A stretch of DNA of 64,000 nucleotides, from assembly GCF_037042905.1 (NCBI RefSeq), contig NC_087250.1, forward strand, positions 6,450,001 to 6,514,000, in the 5' to 3' direction. The position numbers were made by a program, and so were the translations under genes. Below are positions 10,477 to 23,232 of the stretch, piece by piece. The stretch's first letter is position 1. The number at the start of each line of letters is the position of its first letter. The notes beneath the pieces were generated by a model. The model did no database searches, was not told the origin of the DNA, and saw only the letters and a list, made by a program, of their open reading frames with translations. The DNA is from Lytechinus pictus (taxonomy: Eukaryota).

Positions 10477-13414
10477 GGGGTAGAAGTTAAACAATATCTG
10501 AGATTTTTTTTTTTTTACACATTGAGGTATTTCACAGGCCTAAATCAATAATGAGAACGCGAAGCGCGATCTGTATTTTTTTTCTTCATGTATTTTATCC
10601 TTAAAGATCAGTTTCGGGGGCGGACCCTGCTTCCGCAAATAAGGAGGGGGGGGGGGGTTTCACCCATATTTTCCTCGATCGGCCGCTTAATGTTGTTGTT
10701 GTTGTTTTTTTTTTTTTTTTTCTTTGAAGGGGTTGCTCCAGTGGCGTAATGAGCCAACAAGTTTAAGGGGGTTCGATATGGCGTATCACATAAAATTAAT
10801 AAGAAGTTTCCAGTGAGCGAAGCGAGCAAGGAAATATATGCTGACATTTTTTTTACAACCATACAAGGTTGTGATATATTTTGACATAATATTCGGAAAA
10901 TAATATCATATTTCATCCTGATCCCTTTTCTCTCTTTTTTTTCTTGGTCGTGATTCTTTTATTATTATTATTATTTTTTTTTTTGAGGGAGGGGGGGCAA
11001 AATGCCCATGTCCTAACAGTCATTTCCTAGCTTTACTTTATAAAAAACCTAAATGTGTAATAATCTCATAAGCCCTATGCAAGCTAAAAAAAAAATGAAA
11101 TTTCATGTATTTTGTCCTGAAAATTGAAATTTCTGGGCAATGTTTGTGAACCTGAACAGAACGCGTTATGTAACTAGATAATTACCATGAGCGCAAAGCG
11201 CGATCAGAAGTGTTAAATATGCATTCTGGCCTAGTAGAAAAGGGACCTGTTAAAGATGAGATTTCAAGCCCCCAACGGGACACTCGAGTCTTGTTTTGTC
11301 AATCAAGAAAGTGATGGGTAATTTTTGGTATCTTCATAATGCGAGAGCAAAGCGAGAGTAAAAAATTGTTGATATTCACCGGATAATTTTAGTACGTTTT
11401 GAATAAGATCAAGCTGCGTATCTCAAAAACATGCGTGCGCGTGTTTTAGAGTTAGACAGAATCTGCATTCTGAATACATTTTATTTTTCATCATGGAAAT
11501 CAATAATGCAAGCGCAGAGCGCGAATTGAAAATAATATTTGAAATTCCGATATGAAATGAGTCAATTTAAGCACTATTTACAGCACTGTGTATAATAGGG
11601 AAATTGTGACGTCGATGTGGATAGCACTAAATAAATGATGCAAGCGCGAAGCGTGAGCTGATATTTTATTATTACTTTAACCTAGGATCGTGACATTTTA
11701 GGCCTAAGGATATTTTGTCATCATATAAAAATAATGATTATCTTCTATTTCTTTTCCTAAAACGTGTCGTTATTTATTTTAAAAAAGGGACAATTTAGTT
11801 ATTATGAATTCATAAAAATTTTATTTCATATTTTTTAATCTAATAAGCCTAATGAGTGTGCGAAATTTGTTGACAGTGTATGGGGCCTGAAAACTGGAAA
11901 TTTTAAGTATTTTTGTAATCATAAAAAGGATTCATTGGTTGATATATTTTTAGCAAATAGCGCGAGCGCAAATCGCGATCCAAAATTTGTAAATGGGGGG
12001 AATTTAAGTAGTTTGTTATAGAATTAATATATAGGTGAACATAACTCACCAAAATGCGAGAGCACAGCGTAAGCATAGGCCTTCATTATTTTTAGAATCG
12101 TGACACCTGAAAAAGAATATTTAGATAATCTTATATGAAATACCAAAAAAAAAAAAAAATAGGTGGGCCTACTTAGCAAATAATGCAAGCGCACAAAATA
12201 TTGCAAATGTTGATTCACACCATAAAACGTACATTTTCCAGAGCACTTAAAAAAAAAATTGGAAAAAAAAATGAAAGATCGATGTCCGAGCTGAATTATG
12301 TTTTGTATATTGACTTCAAAACTTCATATTTTGAACTATATATCAGGCTATATTGACCAAGATATGCATCTCATCGAACAGGCAATGCAAGTGTGATGCG
12401 CGAGCAAAATTTTAGTATAGTGACATTAAATATTTTCAAAAATCATTTTCCAAGTCTTCTCATGACCTTACTTTATTCACTCGTCTTCCTTCTTTTTTTT
12501 CTCGTATCTTTCCCCTTCTTTTTTTTTTCTTTTTTTCCCTGTTTTTCCCAATTTATTTGCACCGTCAATAGGGGGAGGAGCCCTCGGGCCCCCTGGATCC
12601 GCCTATGTTAGTAGTTGTTATGATGAACACGATGCATATCTATTAAGAAATGAATGCGAGCGCTAGCTGAAAACTTTTATAATGACGAAATGAAAAATAC
12701 ATTTTTAGTTGTCAGGTTAGAATATCAAATATTTTCAGCTTGTGCTTCTCATTTGAATAAAAAAGAAACTATGAGGTCGGGATGCGTATATAACTAAACA
12801 ATTTATTGATGCCAGCGCGAAGCGCGAGCTCATTTTTTTATATACTGACTTAATAAAGGACTAAGGTATAATTCCTATTCTAATTGCTTGTTCTTTTTCT
12901 CTCCTTTTTCTCTGTTTCTTAACCCTTTTTTGCGCCACCATGGGGGGGGGGCAAATATTTGCCCCTTGGATCGGCCTATGTAGGTTGACTTGAAAAACAC
13001 TAACATTTACATGTGAGATTAATGAGAGGATGCATACCTCATTGATGAAATATTGCGAGCGCGTAGCGTGAGCTGAATTTGATAAAAACCCTTTTTTGTG
13101 ACCCTGAACAGGATATTTATCTCGCTAAACAGACTTCAAACTCGAAAACATAGTTTTTGTCTATTATCGTAAAAAGGGGATATTTTAATTCAGCCGCATT
13201 AATAATAGCTTTTTGGGCAGGACATATATTTCAATATAAACAGGCAATACGAGCAATATTGCGCCCCCGGTCGAAAATAAATTTGCATGAAGCCCCCTAA
13301 GTTCAAGGTCAATTTGGCACCCTGGGTTGAACATAAACTTGGCGCCCCCATGTGAAATATAACTTTGCCCCCCCCCCCCTCTGAAACATGTATTTGTCGC
13401 ATTATGGTCAAAAT

Positions 13415-13590
13415 TCAAATTAGCGCTCCCCTAGTTCGAACGTCAATTTGGTGCCCGCTAGATCGAACATCAATTCGGCGGTCCCATAGTTCGAACATCA
13501 ATTTGGCGCCCCCCTCCCAGTTCAAACATCAGTTCGGCGCCCTATAGTTCGAAAAGGCATTTTGGCGCCGCCTAGTTCGAACATCAAATC
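13415..13590. repeat. About 29-bp minisatellite (TTGGCGCCCC..AGTTCGAACATCAA); second copy at about 18985-19160
   Basis: About six tandem units visible. Confidence 0.8.
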
Positions 13591-13604
13591 GACGTCCGGG
13601 TCAA

Positions 13605-14470
13605 CATCTCCCTCTTTCGTTTCCCATATCCTTTTCTTTCTTTCTTTTTCTTTCTCTTATCCTCATTCCCCTTCCTTTCTCTTTTTTCTCTCTTTCTTTC
13701 CCCCTCTTCCTCTCCCCTATTCTTCTTCTCTTTTTTTCCTTCCACCCCTCTCTCTCTTTTTCTTCTCTTTATTTTCCCCTTTTCTTCTCTTTTTTCTTGA
13801 ATTCTTTTCCCCCTTTTCTTCTCTTTTTCCCCATCTTTTCTTTCCCCCTTTTCTTCTCTTTTTTCCCCGTCTTTTCTTTCTCTGTTTTCCTGTCTCTTTT
13901 CTCTTTTTCTTCTCTTCCTTCCCCCTTACCCTCTCTCTTTTCTTATCTTTCCTCCCATCTTCCTCTCTTTTTAAATATTATTCTCTTCCTTCCTCTTTTT
14001 TCTTCTTCTCCCCCCCCCCCCCTTTCTTTTCCCTCTTTCTCTTTTTTTTCTCTTTCCCCCTTTTTCTTTTTCTTTCCTTTCCCCCTTTTTCTATTTAATT
14101 TTTTTTTCTTCTCTCCCTCTCCTTCCCCCTCTCTTTTTCTTCTCTTCTTTTCCCCTTTTCCTCTCTCTCTATTTTTGTTATGTTTCTTCCCATCTTTCTC
14201 TCTATTTAAATATTCTTATCTTCCTTCGTCTTTTTTTTTCTTCTTCTTTTTCCTCCTTTTCCTTTCTCCTTTTTATTCTCTTCCTTTTCCCTCCCCTTTT
14301 TTTCTCTTCTTTCCCCCTTTTCTTCTACCTTTTTCTTTGTCTTTCCTTTCCCCCTTTTTTATCCATTCCTTTTTCCTTCTTACTCTTTTTTCTATTCTCT
14401 TATTTTCCATCTTCCTCTCTCTCTCTCTTTTTATTTTCTCCCTTTTCCCCTCCCCCCTCCCTCTTTTTTT
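13605..14470. repeat. About 860-bp polypyrimidine low-complexity tract; second copy at about 19175-20000
   Basis: Almost entirely C/T on the + strand; explains the F/S/P/L-rich spurious ORFs. Confidence 0.95.
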
Positions 14471-15787
14471 TGGAGCTGGGGGTGGGGGGGGGGTGAGGCA
14501 GTTCCCCCTCGGCCCCCATGGATCCGCACCTGTTAGAACCCCAGGTCTCGTATCATTTGACCTTTGGACCTCTCGATGACATTTGATGTATCTGATCATA
14601 ATTTTACACACACTGCGGACTCGCGGACTATCGGACCCGCGGTCTATCGGGATGTCCCCTCATCGACATATCTCGTTTTTCTTTTCTGGGACGCACTGTA
14701 AATACCTTTATTTATTTATTTATTTATTTATACATTTATTTATATAGTTATTTCATTATATTCTTAAATTACTGATTTTCCCGAAACATTCATCAATATT
14801 TTGTATTATTTTGGGAGCTATTTTACAACAAACCTTTCTTCAGGGTGAACTTTCCTTCTAAGAGCTGTTAGAATAACAGAACAGACACAGACCATCAGTA
14901 TAACAAACGAAATGGCAAATTCGCAAATCACAAAAAGTAGGAATCTGAAACTAATAAGTATAAATGCAAACATGATCGTGTTGTTTTATTCTGACAGTTA
15001 CAGCAAGAAGCACTATACTTTACGAAAACAGTAGTACAACGTAGACTATAAATACCAACCGTATACAGTCTGCCAGCCAAAATTCGATTGCTTTCGCTAA
15101 TAATGAATTGTCAAATTGTTATCAATAGTGAAAAGGTATATTTTATAAGCTTTTAATTGATAAATATTTCGTCAATTTGGTTTTCAATATCCCACACAAG
15201 GATATGTGAATTGAACTATAAAAAAAATTAAATTAATAATTCATTTGTATAAAATGTATTATACTTTATTTCATATGAATAATTTATGCCAGTATATTCA
15301 TAAAAAGGCATACTTTTGCTCTGATTCTTTAGATAAAAAGCCTAGAGGGCAATCTATTGTGAAAGTGTTCTGTATCTTATAGCATTCGAAACATATGTAA
15401 ACTAAAAACAAATCTGATACCAAATTCAATTTCATATGTATTTTTTTTGTTATTGATATGATATGTAGTACTGTTTTTTTTTCTTATCGTATTAATTGTT
15501 GTCCAACAATTATCGACTGTTTCATTATTTTGGCCATAATTCAATAGCATCGAATTTTAAGACTGCTCTCAATAATTAGTTTTTACAGTTATGTCTAGAG
15601 ATTCAATATTAGATATGATTGTTGTTATTTACTTTAGCTATATGTACCACTAAATTTGTTAATACATTTAGGATTTTCTCCTTTACGATTTGAATAATAG
15701 TTCCGTTTGAAAATCATTTCGTTTTTAATTTGATTTAATATAGCTTTATTATCATACACCCATTTTTTTTTACATTTTCCTCTTCAG

Positions 15788-16290
15788 ATTAGTCAATATA
15801 ATCTTGGTAATGACATGAATGATGAAATGACTACCAGGTTATGGAACTGTCTGAGATCCTTCAACTTATTGACCCATCTAATCATCTCAGACTCATCTCT
15901 CAGTTTCCCTCCATCACCCCCTCAACTGCTATCCGTCACAGCGCTATCGGCTAAGAGAGTGACGTCACAATGCTATGAAGGACTGATCTCATCGCTCCCT
16001 AGGTTGGTAAAGATCCATATCACCACTAATAATGCAGAGGGAGACATACATCAGATTACGGCCGGTCTCCGTCGGACAGGAGGGCAGAGACTCGATCGGA
16101 TCATTCTTCGCGGCATTCCGCTATCATTCCCGCCACGGCATGTGGTAAGACCAGGTCTGCTGTTCGGAAGACATACCGATGACACGACAATTCTTAAATT
16201 GGACGGATCTGGAGAAATGAATGAAGAAGGATGTGTTGAGCTCCTCGAGTCGTTGGCATATTTGGCATCATTCACTGATCTACAACTAAA
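15788..16290 (+). CDS. LRR gene (NLR-like), large exon A1 (503 nt, phase 0 to 2)
   Basis: Acceptor ttcctcttcag, donor gtgagt; LxxLxLxx repeats LTHLIIS, VTALSAK, LVKIHIT, LDRIILR. Confidence 0.88.
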
Positions 16291-16800
16291 GTGAGTTGTT
16301 ATTTTCTAGACGATAAATGCAAACAAATTTGATTTTGTACATTCCAAGCATCTAATTTTCAAGTGGTAGGAAAACGAATAGTTGGTTTCTTAGGTGAAGT
16401 GGAGATTAAATTAAAATTTAGTCAGCTATCAAGAATAAGCAAATTATAAAATCGTTATGTCAAATTCCAATAGTACTAGCTTACATATCGATTGCAGAAT
16501 AAAACCGTGGACTTATAAAAGTAGAGTGTATGTGCACATTACGTGTCATCATGACGATTGAAACGTTTGACCACAAGGTTTTAATGAGGTTTGCATTCGA
16601 GGGCCATCGGGTCATCTTTTCCCTTGATATAAACATGTTTTGGGATCTATTAAAATGGTAATTTTTTGACATGAGGGATTTCTATTGGACATTTTTTGAT
16701 AGTACACTTAAACAGTTCTAAAGTTTTATCGTTAAGTTTCCGACGGCAGGTATGTTTATCATAATGTTGTCATCAATCGCCATTCCTCTTTAATTTATAG

Positions 16801-16849
16801 ATTTCTCGATGGCTGGTCTTTCAACTTTAAAACAACTTTTGGTATTGAG
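16801..16849 (+). CDS. 49-nt micro-exon a1 (FLDGWSFNFKTTFGIE)
   Basis: atttatag / gtgagc; phase 2 to 0; homologous to five other micro-exons. Confidence 0.85.
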
Positions 16850-19800
16850 GTGAGCATGGGTTGTGTCGAAGTATCCAAAAAATATGGTTTCACTCACAAA
16901 TATTTGACAAGAAAAAAAAAGGTCACTAATAAATAAAGATAATTGGGGGTCGGCTCCAAAATGTAGATCATCATTTTTATTTTTTTTGGCTTGGCAGTCC
17001 AAGAAGAGAAAAAGGTGTTTAAAAAGTTCTGAATACATTTTATTTTTCATCATGAAAATCAATAATGCAAGCGCAGAGCGCGAATTGAAAATAATATTTG
17101 AAATTCCGATATGAAATGAGTCAATTTAAGCACTATTTACAGCACTGTGTATAATAGGGAAATTGTGACGTCGATGTGGATAGCACTAAATAAATGATGC
17201 AAGCGCGAAGCGTGAGCTGATATTTTATTATTATTTTAACCTAGGATCGCGACATTTTAGGCCTAAGGATATTTTGTCATCATATAAAAATAATGATTAT
17301 CTTCTATTTCTTTTCCTAAAACGTGTCGTTATTTATTTAAAAAAAAGGGACAATTTAGTTATTATGAATTCATAAAAAAATTATTTCATATTTTTAAATC
17401 TAATAAGCCTAATGAGTGTGCGAAATTTGTTGACAGTGTATGGGGCCTGAAAACTGGAAATTTTAAGTATTTTAGTAATCATAAATAGGATTCATTGGTT
17501 GATATATTTTTAGCAAATAGCGCGAGCGCAAATCGCGATCCAAAATTTTTAAATGGGAGGAATTTAAGTAGTTTGTTATAGAATTAATATGTAGGTGAAC
17601 ATAACTCACCAAAATGCGAGAGCACAGCGTAAGCATAGGCCTTCATTATTTTTAGAATCGTGACACCTGAAAAAGAATATTTAGATAATCTTATATGAAA
17701 TACCCCAAAAAAAAAAAATAGGTGGGCCTACTTAGCAAATAATGCAAGCGCACAAAATGTTGCAAATGTTGATTCACACCATAAAACGTACATTTTCCAG
17801 AGCACTTAAAAAAAAAATTGGAAAAAAAAATGAAAGATCGATGTCCGAGCTGAATTATGTTTTGTATATTGACTTCAAAACTTCATATTTTGAACTATAT
17901 ATCAGGCTATATTGACCAAGATATGCATCTCATCGAACAGGCAATGCAAGTGTGATGCGCGAGCAAAATTTTAGTATAGTGACATTAAATATTTTCAAAA
18001 ATCATTTTCCAAGTCTTCTCATGACCTTACTTTATTCACTCGTCTTCCTTCTTTTTTTTCTCGTATATTTCCCCTTCTTTTTTTTTCTTTTTTCCCTGTT
18101 TTTCCCAATTTATTTGCACCGTCAATAGGGGGAGGAGCCCTCGGGCCCCCTGGATCCGCCTATGTTAGTAGTTGTTATGATGAACACGATGCATATCTAT
18201 TAAGAAATGAATGCGAGCGCTAGCTGAAAACTTTTATAATGACGAAATGAAAAATACATTTTTAGTTGTCAGGTTAGAATATCAAATATTTTCCGCTTGT
18301 GCTTCTCATTTGAATAAAAAAGAAACTATGAGGTCGGGATACGTATATAACTAAACAATTTATTGATGCCAGCGCGAAGCGCGAGCTCATTTTTTTATAT
18401 ACTGACTTAATAAAGGACTAAGGTATAATTCCTATTCTAATTGCTTGTTCTTTTTCTCTCCTTTTTCTCTGTTTCTTAACCCTTTTTTGCGCCACCATGG
18501 GGGGGGGGGCAAATATTTGCCCCTTGGATCGGCCTATGTAGGTTGACTTGAAAAACACTAACACTTACATGTGGGATTAATGAGAGGATGCATACCTCAT
18601 TGATGAAATATTGCGAGCGCGTAGCGTGAGCTGAATTTGATAAAAACCCTTTTTTGTGACCCTGAACAGGATATTTATCTCGCTAAACAGACTTAAAACT
18701 CGAAAACATAGTTTTTGTCTATTATCGTAAAAAGGGGATATTTTAATTCAGCCGCATTAATAATAGCTTTTTGGGTAGGACATATATTTCAATATAAACA
18801 GGCAATACGAGCAATGTTGCGCCCCCGGTCGAAAATGAATTTGCATGAAGCCCCCTAAGTTCAAGGTCAATTTGGCACCCTGGGTTGAACATAAACTTGG
18901 CGCCCCCATGTGAAATATAACTTTGCCCCCCCCCTCCCCCCACCCCCTCTGAAACATGTATTTGTCGCATTATGGTCAAAATTCAAATTAGCGCTCCCCT
19001 AGTTCGAACGTCAATTTGGTGCCCGCTAGATCGAACATTAATTCGGCGGTCCCATAGTTCGAACATCAATTTGGCGCCCCCCTCCCAGTTCAAACATCAG
19101 TTCGGCGCCCTATAGTTCGAAAAGGCATTTTGGCGCCGCCTAGTTCGAACATCAAATCGACGTCCGGGTCAACATCTCCCTCTTTCGTTTCCCATATCCT
19201 TTTCTTTCTTTCTTTTTCTTTCTCTTATCCTCATTCCCCTTCCTTTCTCTTTTTTCTCTCTTTCTTTCCCCCTCTTCCTCTCCCCTATTCTTCTTCTCTT
19301 TTTTTCCTTCCACCCCTCTCTCTCTTTTTCTTCTCTTTATTTTCCCCTTTTCTTCTCTTTTTCCCCATCTTTTCTTTCCCCCTTTTCTTCTCTTTTTTCC
19401 CCGTCTTTTCTTTCTCTGTTTTCCTGTCTCTTTTCTCTTTTTCTTCTCTTCCTTCCCCCTTACCCTCTCTCTTTTCTTCTCTTTCTTCCCATCTTCCTCT
19501 CTTTTTAAATATTATTCTCTTCCTTCCTCTTTTTTCTTCTTCTCCCCCCCCCCCTTTCTTTTCCCTCTTCCTCTTTTTTTCTCTTTCCCCCTTTTTCTTT
19601 TTCTTTCCTTTCCCCCTTTTTCTATTTAATTTTTTTTTCTTCTCTCCCTCTCCTTCCCCCTCTCTTTTTCTTCTCTTCTTTTCCCCTTTTCCTCTCTCTC
19701 TATTTTTGTTATGTTTCTTCCCATCTTTCTCTCTATTTAAATATTCTTATCTTCCTTCGTCTTTTTTTTTCTTCTTCTTTTTCCTCCTTTTCCTTTCTCC

Positions 19801-21322
19801 TTTTTATTCTCTTCCTTTTCCCTCCTCTTTTTTTCTCTTCTTTCCCCCTTTTCTTCTACCTTTTTCTTTGTCTTTCCTTTCCCCCTTTTTTATCCATTCC
19901 TTTTTCCTTCTTACTCTTTTTTCTATTCTCTTATTTTCCATCTTCCTCTCTCTCTCTCTTTTTATTTTCTCCCTTTTCCCCTCCCCCTCCCCCTTTTTTT
20001 TTGGAGCTGGGGGTGGGAGGGGGGGGTGAGGCAGTTCCCCCTCGGCCCCCATGGATCCGCACCTGTTAGAACCCCATGGTCTCGTATCATTTGACCTTTG
20101 GACCTCTCGATGACATTTGATGTATCTGATCATAATTTTACACACACTGCGGACTCGCGGACTATCGGACCCGCGGTCTATCGGGATGTCCCCTCATCGA
20201 CATATCTCGTTTTTCTTTTCTGGGACGCACTGTAAATACCTTTATTCATTTATTTATTTATTTATACATTTATTTATATAGTTATTTCATTATATTCTTA
20301 AATTACTGATTTTCCCGAAACATTCATCAATATTTTGTATTATTTTGGGAGCTATTTTACAACAAACCTTTCTTCAGGGTGAACTTTCCTTCTAAGAGCT
20401 GTTAGAATAACAGAACAGACACAGACCATCAGTATAACAAACGAAATGGCAAATTCGCAAATCACAAAAAGTAGGAATCTGAAACTAATAAGTATAAATG
20501 CAAACATGATCGTGTTGTTTTATTCTGACAGTTACAGCAAGAAGCACTATACTTTACGAAAACAGTAGTACAACGTAGACTATAAATACCAACCGTATAC
20601 AGTCTGCCAGCCAAAATTCGATTGCTTTCGCTAATAATGAATTGTCAAATTGTTATCAATAGTGAAAAGGTATATTTTATAAGCTTTTAATTGATAAATA
20701 TTTCGTCAATTTGGTTTTCAATATCCCACACAAGGATATGTGAATTGAACTATAAAAAAAATTAAATTAATAATTCATTTGTATAAAATGTATTATACTT
20801 TATTTCATATGAATAATTTATGCCAGTATATTCATAAAAAGGCATACTTTTGCTCTGATTCTTTAGATAAAAAGCCTAGAGGGCAATCTATTGTGAAAGT
20901 GTTCTGTATCTTATAGCATTCGAAACATATGTAAACTAAAAACAAATCTGATACCAAATTCAATTTCATATGTATTTTTTTTGTTATTGATATGATATGT
21001 AGCACTGTTTTTTTTTTCTTATCGTATTAATTGTTGTCCAACAATTATCGACTGTTTCATTATTTTGGCCATAATTCAATAGCATCGAATTTTAAGACTG
21101 CTCTCAATAATTAGTTTTTACAGTTATGCCTAGAGATTCAATATTAGATATGATTGTTGTTATTTACTTTAGCTATATGTACCACTAAATTCGTTAATAC
21201 ATTTAGGATTTTCTCCTTTACGATTTGAATAATAGTTCCGTTTGAAAATCATTTCGTTTTTAATTTGATTTAATATAGCTTTATTATCATACACCCATTT
21301 TTTTTTTCATTTTCCTCTTCAG

Positions 21323-21825
21323 ATTAGTCAATATAATCTTGGTAATGACATGAATGATGAAATGACTACCAGGTTATGGAACTGTCTGAGATCCTTCAAC
21401 TTATTGACCCATCTAATCATCTCAGACTCATCTCTCAGTTTCCCTCCATCACCCCCTCAACTGCTATCCGTCACAGCGCTATCGGCTAAGAGAGTGACGT
21501 CACAATGCTATGAAGGACTGATCTCATCGCTCCCTGGGTTGGTAAAGATCGATATCACCACTAATAATGCAGAGGGAGACATACATCAGATTACGGCCGG
21601 TCTCCGTCGGACAGGAGGGCAGAGACTCGATCGGATCATTCTTCGCGGCATTCCGCTATCATTCCCGCCACGGCATGTGGTAAGACCAGGTCTGCTGTTC
21701 GGAAGACATACCGATGACACGACAATTCTTAAATTGGACGGATCTGGAGAAATGAATGAAGAAGGATGTGTTGAGCTCCTCGAGTCGTTGGCATATTTGG
21801 CATCATTCACTGATCTACAACTAAA
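21323..21825 (+). CDS. Large LRR exon A2 (503 nt)
   Basis: Duplicate of A1 with R>G and H>D changes; AG/GT intact. Confidence 0.88.
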
Positions 21826-22336
21826 GTGAGTTGTTATTTTCTAGACGATAAATGCAAACAAATTTGATTTTGTACATTCCAAGCATCTAATTTTCAAGTG
21901 GTAGGAAAACAAATAGTTGGTTTTTTTAGGTGAAGTGGAGATTAAATTAAAATTTAGTCAGCTATAAAGAATAAGCAAATTATAAAATCGTTATGTCAAA
22001 TTTCAATAGTACTAGCTTACATATCGATTGCAGAATAAAACCGTGGACTTATAAAAGTAGAGTGTATGTGCACATTACGTGTCATCATGACGATTGAAAC
22101 GTTTGACCACAAGGTTTTAATGAGGTTTGCATTCGAGGGCCATCGGGTCATCTTTTCCCTTGATATAAACATGTTTTTGGATCTATTAAAATGGTAATTT
22201 TTTGACATGAGGGATTTCTATTGGACATTTTTTGATAGTACACTTAAACAGTTCTAAAGTTTTATCGTTAAGTTTCCGACGGCAGGTATGTTTATCATAA
22301 TGTTGTCATCAATCGCCATTCCTCTTTAATTTATAG

Positions 22337-22385
22337 ATTTCTCGATGGCTGGTCTTTCAACTTCAAAACAACTTTTGGTATTGAG
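22337..22385 (+). CDS. 49-nt micro-exon a2
   Basis: Duplicate of a1 with one synonymous change; AG/GT intact. Confidence 0.85.
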
Positions 22386-22539
22386 GTGAGCATGGGTTGT
22401 GTCAAAGTATCCAAAAAATATGGTTTCACTCACAAATATTTGACAAGAAAAAAAAAGGTCACTAATAAATAAAGATAATTGGGGGTCGGCTCCAAAATGT
22501 AGATCATCATTTTTATTTTTTTTGGCTTGGCAGTCCAAG

Positions 22540-23117
22540 AAGAGAAAAAGGTGTTAAAAAAGTTCAATATCTGCTCTTTCATTTGATACCTTAATAAAAA
22601 AAAAAATGGTCAAGAACTAAAACAGTTCTGTTCCCCCAAAACAATGATTCTATTTCAATAATTTCATTAAATTTCACCGGTTTCCCAAAGAAGCTATCAC
22701 ACGGTAAAAAAAAAAGACTTAATGAATGGCTGATCGTCAACAACAGAGCGGAGTGTTGAGTTAGCCTGAACGCTAGCCTGTTAAACCTGACATTCAAGCC
22801 TTAATTTAAACAACCAGAACTTTTCTTTTTTCTAGCCCATTTTCTGTAATTGAGGTATCAAATTAAAGAGCAGATGTTCAACTTTTTAAACATATGGTTT
22901 TCTTTTTGAAACCCAGATACAGCCCGCCAAGTGACTTTTTGGTATCCCTTCTTCAAACCTTTTTGCTCACTCATGCTTAAATGAGGACTAATGTAAATAT
23001 TTTTAGATGAAAGAGGAGATTTTAAGCTTCACAGTGGTAGGTCATTTGTCTATTACATTTGTGATTAAGTTATGATAAATTATCGATAAATCTCGGTTCC
23101 TTTTTTTGGAAGCACTG
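22540..23117. mobile_element. Partial Tc1/mariner-like MITE, same family as 45180-45965 with the internal part in opposite orientation
   Basis: Ends ...GCACTG followed by TA; shares blocks such as AAGTTCAATATCTGCTCTT and GGTCATTTGTCTAT with the 45-kb copy. Confidence 0.7.
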
Positions 23118-23232
23118 TAAATGCCTTTAATGATTTTTTATTCATTCATTTATTTACATATTTATTTATTTATATTCTTCAAGTCATTCGCTGGAATGCC
23201 GATTAAAACTAGAAATCAGTGCTAAACGTTAA

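Larger units (their letters stand above)
11468..22565 (+). repeat. Recent tandem duplication A: 11468-17026 and 17027-22562
   Basis: Near-identical copies with an exon offset of 5535; junction AAAAAG-TTC-TGAATAC has 3-bp TTC microhomology. Confidence 0.95.

Noticed and set aside
13562..14611. Long F/S/L/P-rich and K/R/E-rich ORFs (also 19130-20145 and 62988-63446)
   Set aside because: Stop-free by-products of pyrimidine/purine tracts
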